NCBI RefSeq assembly: GCF_000181795.1
Contig: NW_003526945.1
Location: forward strand, 4,973,282 to 5,037,281
Direction: 5' to 3'
Length of the DNA: 64,000 nt
Source of the DNA: Trichinella spiralis
Lineage: Eukaryota
Made by a program: the position numbers and the translations under genes. This document shows positions 37,836 through 60,882 of the stretch, piece by piece. Under the pieces are notes generated by a model, which saw only the letters and a program-made list of their open reading frames with translations, had not been told where the DNA came from and did no database searches. Every line of letters starts with the position of its first letter. The stretch's first letter is position 1.

Positions 37836-40046
37836 CACGTCCCAATTTTTATAACCAAGTTTTTGTTTTATAACTGAACTACATCATTATTGCCTCATCA
37901 TCTAAAAAATCTCAAAGCAATGATGATGAATAAAGCGCAAGGAAGTTCACGCGAAACACAGCTGTTTGAAAATCTTTTAGAATGGAACTTAAAAATGACT
38001 AAGGAGTGGACTGTATGAGTTATTTGTAGATAATTCAAAACCAATGTATGGAGTTGAATTCGACTTTATTCAGTTGGAGCAGTGAAGAGTTCGGTTAGAT
38101 AGCTTATATCTTGAATATATCTCTTATTTTGAATTCCATTTTAAATATCATTCTGCAACAACATTTACTTTTCATTTGTCATTTTATCAACAATTCAAGA
38201 TCAACTTGTGATATTCGCTGTGGCGCCAACGCCTTTTGTTGATGTTGACAGAAGATAATTAATCACACACAAATGGCGCACAAATGCTGACATCAAACAA
38301 TGCAATGTCCACTGCAGAGTGAATTTGAAGCAGCTTTAAGTGCTTTTCTGCTTGGTGCTGTTCATCGCTTTTTTCCGCTTCCAAAGTGCTTTACATTTAT
38401 CCGCCCGCGTTCATAAATACTGTTCAAAAGAAATGTCAGCCAACAGTTGCTTTCACTCGTCATATAAATTACTTTCTTACCTAACAATTAAATGAAATTT
38501 ATGCCTAAGGTTCTTTTCTGTTTGGCAGATATTGTTCTGATGAACGCTACTTGAAGGTTATTCAAGTACAAAGGGAAAACGTAAAATTGATAAATTGTCC
38601 ACAACTGCAGTTTTCAGCTAAAACTGGGAGTGATGATTGCTGAATTTTAGCATCGAAACACTTTTCTGATTTCACCTGTAGTGTTCTCTGAAAATATTTC
38701 TGGCTTGCAAAAGAATTTAATCTTTCCAATCTTTCTTTCGCTCCTGTTCACAAAGGTTATTGTTTTTCTTCTTATGATTTATTTAAATAAAAAATAAAAT
38801 CTGGAATTTTGTTTAAAATAAACATCTGTGATTATACATTTTGTGTAAATTGTATTAAATTTGTTTTTCAATATATCTCAAGGAAACCAACTACTGGGTT
38901 GAGTAAGCATTCAAGTTTCAACTGTTGTATTATTACCATGATAACCAAATATTCAACGTTACAGATCAAAAAGGTTCTGTCGCATTTGGATATCATTTTA
39001 CCAAACAAAACTAAAAGCGAAGAAAATTATTTTTCATCTCAAGTTCACTCCATCATGGCTGTGAACGTTAACACTGCTTATGTTCTGCGAAAATATGATC
39101 ATTGCTAATTATCCTCGTCGGCAGGCATGAAGCATATATTGAACTTTCATTTGCCATTCTAACTTTCATTCCCATTGTTGAGAGTGAACAGTATCATGGG
39201 GTTCACTGCCTTGGTCACACAATGAATTCATTTGAGAAAGCGTCTGTCTGTAGTATTGTAAAAATTCCAGACCACCATTATCCTTGTTTGAATTTGCGCC
39301 TTGTGCATTTCTGTGGCATATATCAAGAAGTATTTGGTGCTGTATCCACTGACATCACATTATATCGATATTCTGTGAAAAGATTCTCAGATGTAGCACA
39401 GATTGAACTGAAAATTCTTTTGGCTTGTTTAGGGGAAATTTAACTGCAGCACATGTTTGTTGGTCCAGTGAAATTTTAGAAAATTCTGCGTAATGAATTT
39501 TGACCTTGTTCATGATAATCGCTGCACAGCTTTCTTCATTGTCAACTAGTTGACAAGGCTAGCTTTGCTGCCATCGTAAAATATCATTAGGTCTCGAATT
39601 ATGAAAACATTGAATGACCCAGATAAGCATGTTCATTTAATCTCTCTTTGTTATCTTTACTTTAAGCCCTTCATTTGTTGCTTCTATATTTTTATCAGAA
39701 TGATGCAATTGGATAATAAAGATATTCAATTTGTAAAGAACAAGACCATCCGTTCTATTTTTCTTCTATCTCAGTGGTCATCACAAGCTTGTGCTATTTT
39801 CAACGTCTTAGATTTGAGATATATTTTCGAATGATGGGAATAAATAATGATGAAATTCAGTTTGTATCTCAAAGAAAGCTGGTTGTGAACAAAGACTCAA
39901 ACAGTGGATTAATGTAGCATCTTCAGCATAAGTGATCTTGCAAGTCTATGCTAAGTCTTCTTGCTAAGTCCAAAAAATTTATACACTATTCCACATTACA
40001 TATAAAAAAAAACTTTGTTTCAAAAAATAGGAAATGTGAATATTAA

Positions 40047-40898
40047 TGTCCATATTAGGTAATTTAATGGAGAAGCACCCGATATTTGGGAAAACTTTGA
40101 TGGAAAAAAATTATCCAATCAATGATCAAAACTAAGTGACTAATCAAATGATATAAGTTATTCGGCCAATAAGTGATGAAAACTGGGTAACTAATAAAAG
40201 AGCACAACTCATTAGCCAATTACTGATTAATCGCCGTACAGCTAATCAACGACTCACAAATCACCAAAAGGGGGCGGAGTTAGGGGAAATCGGTAGCGTA
40301 CAAAGTGGAACGATCCCTCTTAATACATAGGTGTGCTTCCCACTTTTTTTCAGGCTATGTGGAGAGCTACGCAAGAGGGAACAGCCGGAATACGTTTGTT
40401 GTACTCCGCTAATCGTTCTGATCGATTGATGCCCATAAAGTCTATTTTTGGAAGAAAAGGTTGTTCTCGAAAATTGCAAATTTCACGGACTATAGACTTG
40501 GCTGTTTTGCGAAAATCGGCGAAAAATTTGTTTTCAACTTTGGAATTTTTTGATTGTTATAGTTTTGTATTGATAAAAGATAGATAGTTTTTTGGAGAGT
40601 TTCTCCGGAAACTGCCTAGTAGGTTTCAGGATGTTGTAAACGATAAAGAAAAGTCAGGAGCAAATTTTATTTGAAGAGATACTTCTTTTTTCTGGATTAT
40701 TTGAACATTTGCGATGATCCTACAAAAGATCATTTTACTTGCATACTTATTTACATATTTCTCTTCTTTTCCTTCCCACTTACGTCGCACTTTTCTGCCT
40801 TCGCTGTTTTGCGAAGAGTAGCCAAAAGAATTTTGTGCAAATTTCAACTTTTTGTGAGTGATAGATGTTGACAGTAATAAATGATATTGTTATGGACA
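40047..40898. mobile_element. Second copy of the same TIR element (left TIR TGTCCATAT..., internal part, vestigial TATGGACA end)
   Basis: Shares both repeat blocks with 37450-37835 in the orientations expected for one TIR-bounded family. The right end at 40891-40898 is tentative. Confidence 0.55.
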
Positions 40899-41058
40899 GT
40901 TTCAATGCACACTGCGCCTATCTTAATATGTAGGAATGATGCCAATCTTTAACTTCCTCGAAACGCAACTAGCATACATGATTTTTAGCAAACGTAGCAC
41001 TTTTTGCGTTTGATTTGGGTATGCATTAAACTTCAACAACAACGATTATAACCCGTTC

Positions 41059-41288
41059 GTGTCCTTACTCCTACAGATGTTTGCCACTCACCCAATCGAC
41101 TCAGCCAGCGTAGAGCGAAGCTTTACTGCAGTGAAATATCTGAAAGGCTATTTCCGGACTACCATGACAGAAGAACAACTGAACGGACTTAAAGTGATGT
41201 GTACGTTCATTCTGACTTTTCCATTGATATTGATCTGGTAGTGGAAAAGTTCCTTTTCAAACAGAATCGAAACGTGTCGTTCATTTGA
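41059..41288 (+). pseudogene. hAT transposase C-terminal dimerisation-domain remnant
   Basis: LLQMFATHPIDSASVERSFTAVKYLKGYFRTTMTEEQLNGL, then a frameshift into YVHSDFSIDIDLVVEKF. Matches the hAT S(A)SVERSFS..LRSTM.EERLNGL motif. No upstream ORF. Confidence 0.85.
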
Positions 41289-43689
41289 AATACAATTAAA
41301 ATTATTAATTTGATAATTATTCTATCACGTTATTGAGATTCCAATTTTGTTTAAATGAAGAAATAGCACTATTTTGTTCCTCGTCACACTGCCATGTATA
41401 ATAATACACGTACATGATAAATCTTTTGTGTATTACATCCGCACCTCTTTATAAATTAAACGCCTATGTATATTTTACATTAAATGAAGGAATAGAATTT
41501 CGTTTTTGCAAAATTACAAATATGCACTTTCAGTTTCATTTTTACTCCATAATTAATTTTCTACTGGAAAAGTGTGGTTCGACCGCACAAGATTTTACAA
41601 GACAAGACATTCTATCTTGTGACATCCTCAACATCATACCACCAGGTCGCCTGATCTTTTTGTTGAGTTAACGCGGGAATGACAGAAAATTAACGGACAT
41701 CACGTTGTGCACAAGCAAACACAAAAGGTAAAAATCACAAACGTCATTAAAATATAAATAGAATTCAGGCATGGATGACAAAAAAGTATATGAAAATCTG
41801 CAGGTATTAATCTAACTGATGATAGCCGGCTAGGCTGCACCACAGCTTTAATGTTGTCAGTGAAATAAATACAAGTCTTATTTCACATTAATGTCGTAAT
41901 TCAAGCAGACAGTTTTATCTTACATGAGCACAGAATACAAAGCATAAAAAGGAAATAAAGCAGATAAAATGAGGAAAAGTAAAAGCATCTTTTAATATGA
42001 AGTTAAAGTATACTTCCAAAATAAAATCACGGAAAGATAATTAATAATTCGAAATACAGTAATATACATTATTTAAATTGCCAAATTAAAGATAAGAAGG
42101 TTACTAAGTAATAAACAAATGAGAGAAATGCAAATGTTGTATGCATAGTTATTATTTTATTACAATGCTGTTCGATAAGCGGTGGCGGTGCGTAACCAAG
42201 GTGCAAGTGCAAAATGCTACATTCAGGTGAAGATTTAATACTGAAACTTATTTTCCTGTTGTTTTGCTATGAATGCATCTATATTTAAGTATTTGAGCAA
42301 TTTTCAATTTGAAGATGTGTAAAATTTGAAATACTTTTAAAACAGAATTCTTAATTACATATAGTTGAACGTTGAAGGTTTTGAACAAATCCATATTTCA
42401 ATATGTTATTTTAGGTAATCGTTTAGATTTAACTGGAGAACACGATTACATTTTCAATTTGCACTTGTTTATGGCATTCAACTTCATTCTGAACTAACTG
42501 GTCAAATATCACCAGGCGTATAGTAAAAACATAAAAATACCGTTTTCATGCAGAAATTGTTTACAATTTAATTTTATTATCACTTTATATTGTTTTTTAA
42601 ATTTTGCACCATGAAGACATTAGATAAATCAAAATTTTCATCTAGTTAATTTTGCTTGTCATAGGGCGCAACAAGTGTGCTGAATTATTGTTTATTTTTT
42701 GTTGATATTATGTTGTAATTCATATTTGATTGAGTAGCATATCCAACTTACGTAAGCCGGTGTTTAACGCTATGTGCGTAGTGTCTGTCTTTTATGCAAA
42801 TTGGGCCGTTTGAAAATTAATTTCATATTAGCAGTGCACCAGTTAAATTGACTTTGCTGACTAACAGAGGCATCGACAGCGATGTTTGCTCAATCTACTT
42901 CTGCTTTAACTACTGTGTAAGGTGTGTTATTAGATATAGAGGAATCTTATCTTTTCAAACAAAGGCGTGGTGCAGTTTCCATTTGAATTTGCATTTCAAT
43001 TTGTTTGCTTTTGAGCTTATGCGTGGCCTGCATAATATTTGTTCAAGGAAATGAAATACGTTTCATACTTGTTAATCAATAGAAATGAACTTTATGTAAA
43101 TTTTCCTGAGGCTACTATTAGTTGCTCTAGAAACTCATTTCAAATGATTGTAGGCGAACGGTGTGCGGCGAATGAACAATGGCGTTTTCAATGCGATGAC
43201 AGACGAAGAAGAACAATAAAAACGGCTTTGTTTTTTATTTATTATAACATTATTTCATTAAATTAATTCTTCTATATTTAGATACAGAAGAATAGAAGAT
43301 AAAAGAAGACATCCAGAAGACAAGGGTAAGTTTGGTAAGTATAATTCTTTGAGTTAGGCTAATTAGTTAAAGTTCACTGAGGAGTTCTTGAGTCTGTAAT
43401 TTATATAAATTCGAGCTGTAAGTTATCGAGCATTCAATTCAGATGTTTGTTAATTAGAGTAATTGGATGTAGATCATGAGTATTATTTTAATGAATTTGA
43501 GTGGCTTTCCGCATTTGAACATTTTTCACGTCCCATGCCTTGTCGAGTTGAGTTTAGGGTTCATTTGCGGAAAGTGAAATGGTTGCATAATTTGTCGATC
43601 ATTTCAAAGGACAAATTTTGAGCATAGTGAGTTTTTAGCACTGCTATAGTTTGAGTATTAGAATAAGTAAATGCTTGAGAATAGCAGTG

Positions 43690-44056
43690 CAAGGATAGGA
43701 GGAATGTGAGATAGGGTGGTGTGCAGGAGTTCGACGGGTTACACTGCACGACGCGACCCTAACCGTATCAAATGATCAAAGTCCATATTTTCAAAGCTCA
43801 CCTCTTCCTCTCCCGGTTGCGGTACCAGAGGCCTGCCGCCTTGCTCGGATCCCAGCAATGGGATCTCAAGCAAGGTTTTTTTTCAGCCCGACCGCCCCCG
43901 CGCCGCCCCCCGCCCTCCTGCCCGTTAACGGGGACTTCCCTCGGCGGAGTCTCCTAGTCCCGTGCTGGCCAGAGACCGGTTTTAAAGAGATGACCCTGTC
44001 CATTTGTGTGGTAATGGACGTTGTTTGAAATCTTGTGCAATGGGATTTCAACACCT
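43690..44056 (+). ncRNA. Structured non-coding RNA, candidate telomerase RNA (H/ACA type)
   Basis: GC-rich island with a template-like ACCCTAACC (43756-43764), an upstream hairpin, long-range helices with G-U pairs on the + strand, a GCAA-capped hairpin (43839-43875), an ANANNA box (43988-43993) and ACA (44051-44053) directly after a hairpin. All pairings were found by eye. Confidence 0.45.
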
Positions 44057-44868
44057 ATGTGAATTCGTAAGACGTATCTGTCCTAGAGGCAGTTATGCAA
44101 ATTCGCAATTGACGTAGTGCTGAGACTCTGTTTCAGTGCCAATCTAGTGGTGATCGTTACTCCCCCAAGAGGAACGGTAAGCGTCGCTATGCGTTTGTGT
44201 TATTGTCTCGCTGGCTCTGACACTTGGCCAATGATTGACATTAGATTTGCCGTCACACCTTTAACTAGTTCATTAGGCGTTGCACCTTTCATCAGTTTAG
44301 GCATCAAACATTTGAAATTAATCTCCTTCGAGAGTTTCCCCTTATAATCATGCTAAATAGTTTAAATTTGTTAATATTTTATACATTAATTTATTCATTT
44401 AGGAACTTAAATGATAAATAAATTATAATGTTCATTCATCTAATAATTGGGCAAATTCAATTTTTGCTCACATTACACTGTTTTAAAGTAGAAAAGTTTA
44501 TCAGTTTTTCATTTACATTTCATCTTATAAAAGGTTTTAATTATTCATTAATCTTTTAGTGATAATAATATATTTTTAGTGTAAAGCAGTTCTTTACTTT
44601 AAAGAATGTAATGTCAAAGTAGATTTTTACTTTCAAACAGTGTAATGTAAACAGTTAAAAGGGATGTAATATGGTAGACATTAAATAGGCATAATTTTAT
44701 TTATTAATTATTGGTGAATTAGCTATTGCTTGAATATAAATTTTTTACTTATAAAAATGTTAATCGTGGTCTCCTTTAATTAGGTAATGGGGAAAGTAAA
44801 CTTGGTATAAATGAAATAAACGATTAGCTTAGGCAAGGTGCAACGAGATTAATCTTTTTATAAATAGG

Positions 44869-44878
44869 NNNNNNNNNN
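44869..44878. other. Assembly gap (10 N)
   Basis: Run of n. Confidence 1.
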
Positions 44879-45273
44879 AACACTTGGGAGTACGATCTGC
44901 ATATCAGACATATAAAAACCAATTCAATGAGTTCAAAACTAATGTGATGCCACATTACACGAAGAAGATGAGTAAAGGTAAATATGAAAGCAAAAAAGAA
45001 TATGGAGGAGAAATTAAAAGCAATGGAGGAAAACATGATTCCTGAAATAGATTAATAGTAATGTTGTCACTTTTACTTAATATCATAATCTGCTTGATCT
45101 GATAAATTATATATTTTATAAATTATAATAACAATAAAGAAGAACTGGAAAAAGTACTCAAACATCAAAGAATCCTTTTCATAAATGAACTCAATATAGT
45201 GATATATGATTTGCAAAAACTTTTTTTTAATTTATAATAATTTCAATATTTATTGATTACACGTATAATTGTT

Positions 45274-45306
<33 letters not shown>

Positions 45307-45650
45307 ATGTTGATTTCATCAATCAAATTTTTGTTGTGAATAATTTCTAATTCTAATAAATGTCATTAATAAAATGCCTAGTTGATGGAAAAACAAATGA
45401 AAATGTATTTACATTGAAAATTTGAATAATTTGTAAACGAAACGATAATCATTTTCAATAATAATCAATGCAAACGTACGTTATTAACAAATAATTGTTG
45501 TGCAATTATCAAGCATTAGTAATGGGCAAGTATTCAGTTACGCTGATCAAATGAAGAATAAATTATTTATTAAAAATTCTGGATTTTTATTTTCATTTTA
45601 ACAGTCAATGTGCAAAATGGAAAGATTACAAGTCAACTAAGAGCATTAAT

Positions 45651-45688
<38 letters not shown>

Positions 45689-46780
45689 AATAAAAATAAA
45701 GAATTTCAACCATACACTCTAAAATTTGCTTGATTGCCGTGGTCTCAAAACGTATCTATTTGCTTACTTCAGTTTTCTGCTGTTCACATTTTGTGTGTGT
45801 GTTGACGTTTGCCTTTCTTTAACAACCGCTGTGCCGTGCGTTTCCACTTCTCTGCATGTGATTTTGTCAATAAAACTTATTTTTCTGAAAATATCTTTTT
45901 AACATTTTGTGGAAAACATAATTCATTTTCATCTCGACAATGGCATTCTAAAGACAATAACTTTATAATGGACAGTAATCGCAAATATTAAAACGTCTCA
46001 CATGTATTTCATTTTTATAGATTACCATAATAGTTTAACATCAAAAGGATTTTTTCAACAAACCGCTTTCCAACTTAGATATTCCAGCAACAGGCAACTT
46101 TCTGTTGATGAGATGTACCTTTCTGTTGTTGTTGTTCAAAATCGTGATGAATCATTTTCAAGAAATAAAAATAAAATAAATCCTGAAAGAAAGCACAAAT
46201 CTATTTTGTTGATGCATAGAATGCATTTCAAGAAAAGTGCCATACTGTTCAGTCAGTGCACACTGCTAGCCTACAGTTATTTGAAATGAAGCTGAAAAGC
46301 AAACATAAAAGCTCAAAGCATTCACATATAACTTTGCTTTTCAATTGTATAAGTCTTGCCTGAAGACAATAGATACTGGGTCAAGTTGAACAAGTCAGCA
46401 ACATATCAAGTTGTGCTCCACGGCTTGCAAATTAATTATTTATATCTATTGTTTTTCATTTAATTTATAAATTTTCAAAATAAAGTAATTCACATGTTCA
46501 TGCTGATAGTAAATACAAAAATAAAAAATCGTTTTAATAAAAAAATTGATGATATGAGCAGAGGTTACATGACCTTAGTGCCCATTAGCCGCAGCAGCCA
46601 AAAGAACAAGCACTCTGATACTGATATGGTGATTTTGAGATAAAAATGATTTCCATAGTTTTTATTCAGGTGGACCATTCTTTATACGACGCAGTCTAAC
46701 CGCGATGAAGCCGAACTGTGGAACTGAACTTTTCTATTTGAAAATGAATTCCTCCTCTTCATCTCGATAATGTTTTTGAA
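44879..46780. repeat. Copy B of the inverted duplication; carries the last ~50 codons and 3' flank of the FERM gene on the + strand
   Basis: Reverse complement of 28321-30232. The first ~20 nt after the gap are an error-rich version of the copy A sequence. Confidence 0.95.
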
Positions 46781-47480
46781 AAAATTTTTTAATCAAGTTA
46801 TTTATTTATATATTTATATACAGACGTACAATGGACTGATGCAGTCATTGAACATCTGATACATTTTTTCAACAAACGGTTCGTCAACTTGAAATCTAAA
46901 TTTCCATAATTTCTAGACACATAGTATATTTCTTCAGTTGTGTGCCATTCAGTTATTATGTTTAAGAAAAATCACAGATCCTTCCGCTTCCGTTGTTCAG
47001 CATCGTAAAATGGAATAAACACAAGCGGCTGTTGAATCGCTGCTGAGAATAGTTTCATAAAGAAAAACCAAAACGTCTATCATGATAATATAAGTATTTA
47101 TTATTTAGTAGTAATTTGAAAGACAATTTCAAAAGGTATGTATATGGAGCAAAATTATTTTCTCGCAGTTGCAAAAGTTTTATAGTTAAATTAGAAGAAT
47201 ATTTCAATTTAAGAGTGATAAAAATTGTCTAAAAATTTCAGGTAGAAGTATAATGAACGTTTTCGAGACTGAAAAAGCAACCGGTTCGCGTTCCACGTCC
47301 TCTTACTGAACTTACCTGTGAAACGAACTCACACATGCATAGGACACAATGAACATGTTTTCAGATGCTGAAACAGACAAATAAAAAGGGAAGCAAAATT
47401 CAAGAACCTAGCCTCGCTGTCCATTGTTTACAATGAAAATACTGAAAAAAGCAGTCATCAAATCAATGAGCAGCAAGATT

Positions 47481-58387
<10,907 letters not shown>

Positions 58388-59769
58388 GCTTTAGATGAGA
58401 AACAGCAATACCAACGACAACAACAACAACAGCAACAAGAAGAAGCAGCAGAGTTGAAAAACAACAAGCAGAACACATCCGCAACAGTAAGAAGCCGCGG
58501 AGAAGGCAAAAATGACAACCACACGACACACACACAAGGTCTGCTTGCAGCCGCGTCACGCCGGGTCAACAAGGCGCAGCACTTTCATCCAGCACAACAA
58601 CAGTAACCTTGTAAACAGTCGTCAAGCTCGACAAGGAGTCGCAATTATCCACGGTCGAGATCCACCACCACAAATGCGACTATCTGCTCACCACCTATTA
58701 TGTAACAGTTCAACACTGATTCACTGTTCGAAATAGGATAATATTTTTGAATTTTTCAAAAAATTATTACCAAATATTTATTCAATTAATTTTCTCTATA
58801 TTCAAACCAAATCATGCAATGATGACCAAAAAGCAAAATAAACAGATAAAATTCACACATACATGTAAACAATGTATTTCTACTTCCTCTTGGTGGAATG
58901 TATTAGTCATAGCATTACGTCAAGCAGGAATGTTTGGAGAATGCAAAGCTTACGACGAAATAACTGCAAGTGAACTGAACTGGAAATGGGTTTGGTTGAC
59001 TGGTTTCTCCATGCTTTGGAAACCAATTTTAACAAATGACCTCTGCCGAAGCAACAACGCTAAAGCGCCACGCATATCATCGTGCTTCGTTAATCAATAA
59101 TTTTGAAACGGAAATAAAAAATTTGTTTATTTCCCCCTCCAATTAACACTCTCACCCATCGATGAATAAATGATTTATTGTTCCATCCATGAATTTTCAA
59201 ATATAATAACTGTTCGACACAAATGATAATTTAATACAAATAAATAACGATATACTGGTGGATTTTATTGTTTCAATGTTCAAAATTTTTGTATCAAATT
59301 TTCATGCACATGATTACGGTAAAACAGATCAAATCAAATCAAATAAGATGATTTGAAAATTTTCACACACACATGCAGAATATTGGCAAAAATATTTTAA
59401 AATAAACTTTGTCAATGGTTTTACGTGATTAATATTCAAATCGATTCAAACTACTTACCGAGCACAAAAATGGATATTGTTCACTTTTTGAAGTAGCCGA
59501 TTGAATTACCACAATTTAACCAAGCTATTCTTATTCTTCTTCTTCGTTCTTCCAATTATATGTATATGTATATATATGTATCAACTTCGCCAAGCAATTT
59601 ATATGGAATATTGAATTGCAAAGATTGTGTTTCAACTGTGTTGCATAATTCAAATATCAACATTAAATTGCAATTCTCTCGTCGAAGATATTGCTGAAAA
59701 GGTGAAAAATATTTTCATTTCAAATCAAAAAATATGCTTGAAAAATTTTTGATTAATTTCACGAAAAAT

Positions 59770-60200
59770 TCTCCGCGCCCGAACTGGCCGCGGACCAGAT
59801 GTGGCTTATATTAATTATTATTTTTTGAACTTTCTGCGCTCATCGTCACGCTAGCTAACTTTTAGCTAGCTAGCTAGCTAGCTGCTGGCGTGATCGGTTC
59901 GGTTCTTTTGAAATGTTGAAACAACTGTTGCGCGAATAAGAAGTTCACAAAGATTTTGAGGCGATTCAAATTAAATTTATCACTGACAGAAGAGAATAGT
60001 GAACAATGGTTTTTCTTCTTTCGTTGATCTGGCGGCTTAATATATATGTAAATTGCGCTTGGCTTACGGCTAAGTTAAAATCTCAGACGAAAATAACAAC
60101 ACGAGCGGTCATCTAAACGAAAGAAGTGAAAACCGGTTCTTCGCTCGACCAATAAACAATTCATTCGTCTGTCCGCAATGCAAATTTATCTTCGATACAG
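59770..60200. promoter_or_regulatory. Putative divergent promoter region between DAPK and the NOL4-like gene, with a (GCTA)n tract
   Basis: Locally CpG-rich patch between head-to-head genes; self-complementary tagctagctagc run at about 59863-59884. Confidence 0.3.
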
Positions 60201-60882
60201 TATCTACTGCCAAAGTGGAAGAAGAGATAAAAGAAAATAGGAATTATTTTATTGAAACAATAAAACCAATAAGTGTTACGGTGGTCATTTACATTTTACA
60301 GTAATACGGTGACAAAAAGTTTTTCGTCTGAAAATCAACAACCAGAATTTTCATATTGTGCTTTTTTTTTCTCGGACGACTGTACTAATTGTTTTCTATT
60401 TTAAAAATTATTAAACAACTTCACAAATCTGACAAATTACAAAAATGAATAAATTTGTACATTAAAATTTTTTCTTTTATATATTTATTTTTTTTCTTTT
60501 GAATTATTAAAGTCACACTTTATTAAAGAAAAATAACAAATAAGCAAACCTTTTTTTTCTTCGACGAATCAATCAATTCTACCGAAAGAATTTGAAATGA
60601 TTTTGAAATCAAGATTGAAAATTTTTTTTTCCATTTTCTCCAAATAATAATCTGCTTCGAAAGTAAAAAATACACATCCACTGAACAATTTTGAAAGTTC
60701 TTTTTTAATATTGCTTTTTTTATTCGTTGAATAAGTGGCAGTTAATTTTTTCCCCACTCGTCGACTTGATAATTTTTGATAAAGATGTTCAAGCATGCGG
60801 ATTGTTGTGCCAGCCGTTGCTAGACAACGGCAGCGGCGGCTGCTCAGTTCAAGGTACCACTACGGGCGTGGTAGAGATCGAG

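Noticed and set aside
38809..39834. ORFs of 77-113 aa as a gene or transposase
   Set aside because: No motif that I can recognise in any frame; possibly decayed mobile DNA, but unsupported.
43778..43940. RNase MRP/P RNA (AAAGTCC ... CGGGGACTT, or GGGAAGTCCCCG on the minus strand)
   Set aside because: P4-like pairing extends only about 6 bp on the + strand. On the - strand the partner CGGGCT is only about 45 nt away, too short for MRP/P. Not formally excluded without a covariance-model search.
43772..44347. Short ORFs (61, 62 and 76 aa) over the GC-rich island
   Set aside because: Non-ATG or weak starts, low-complexity Pro/Gly content caused by C-runs, and no splice-consistent gene model.
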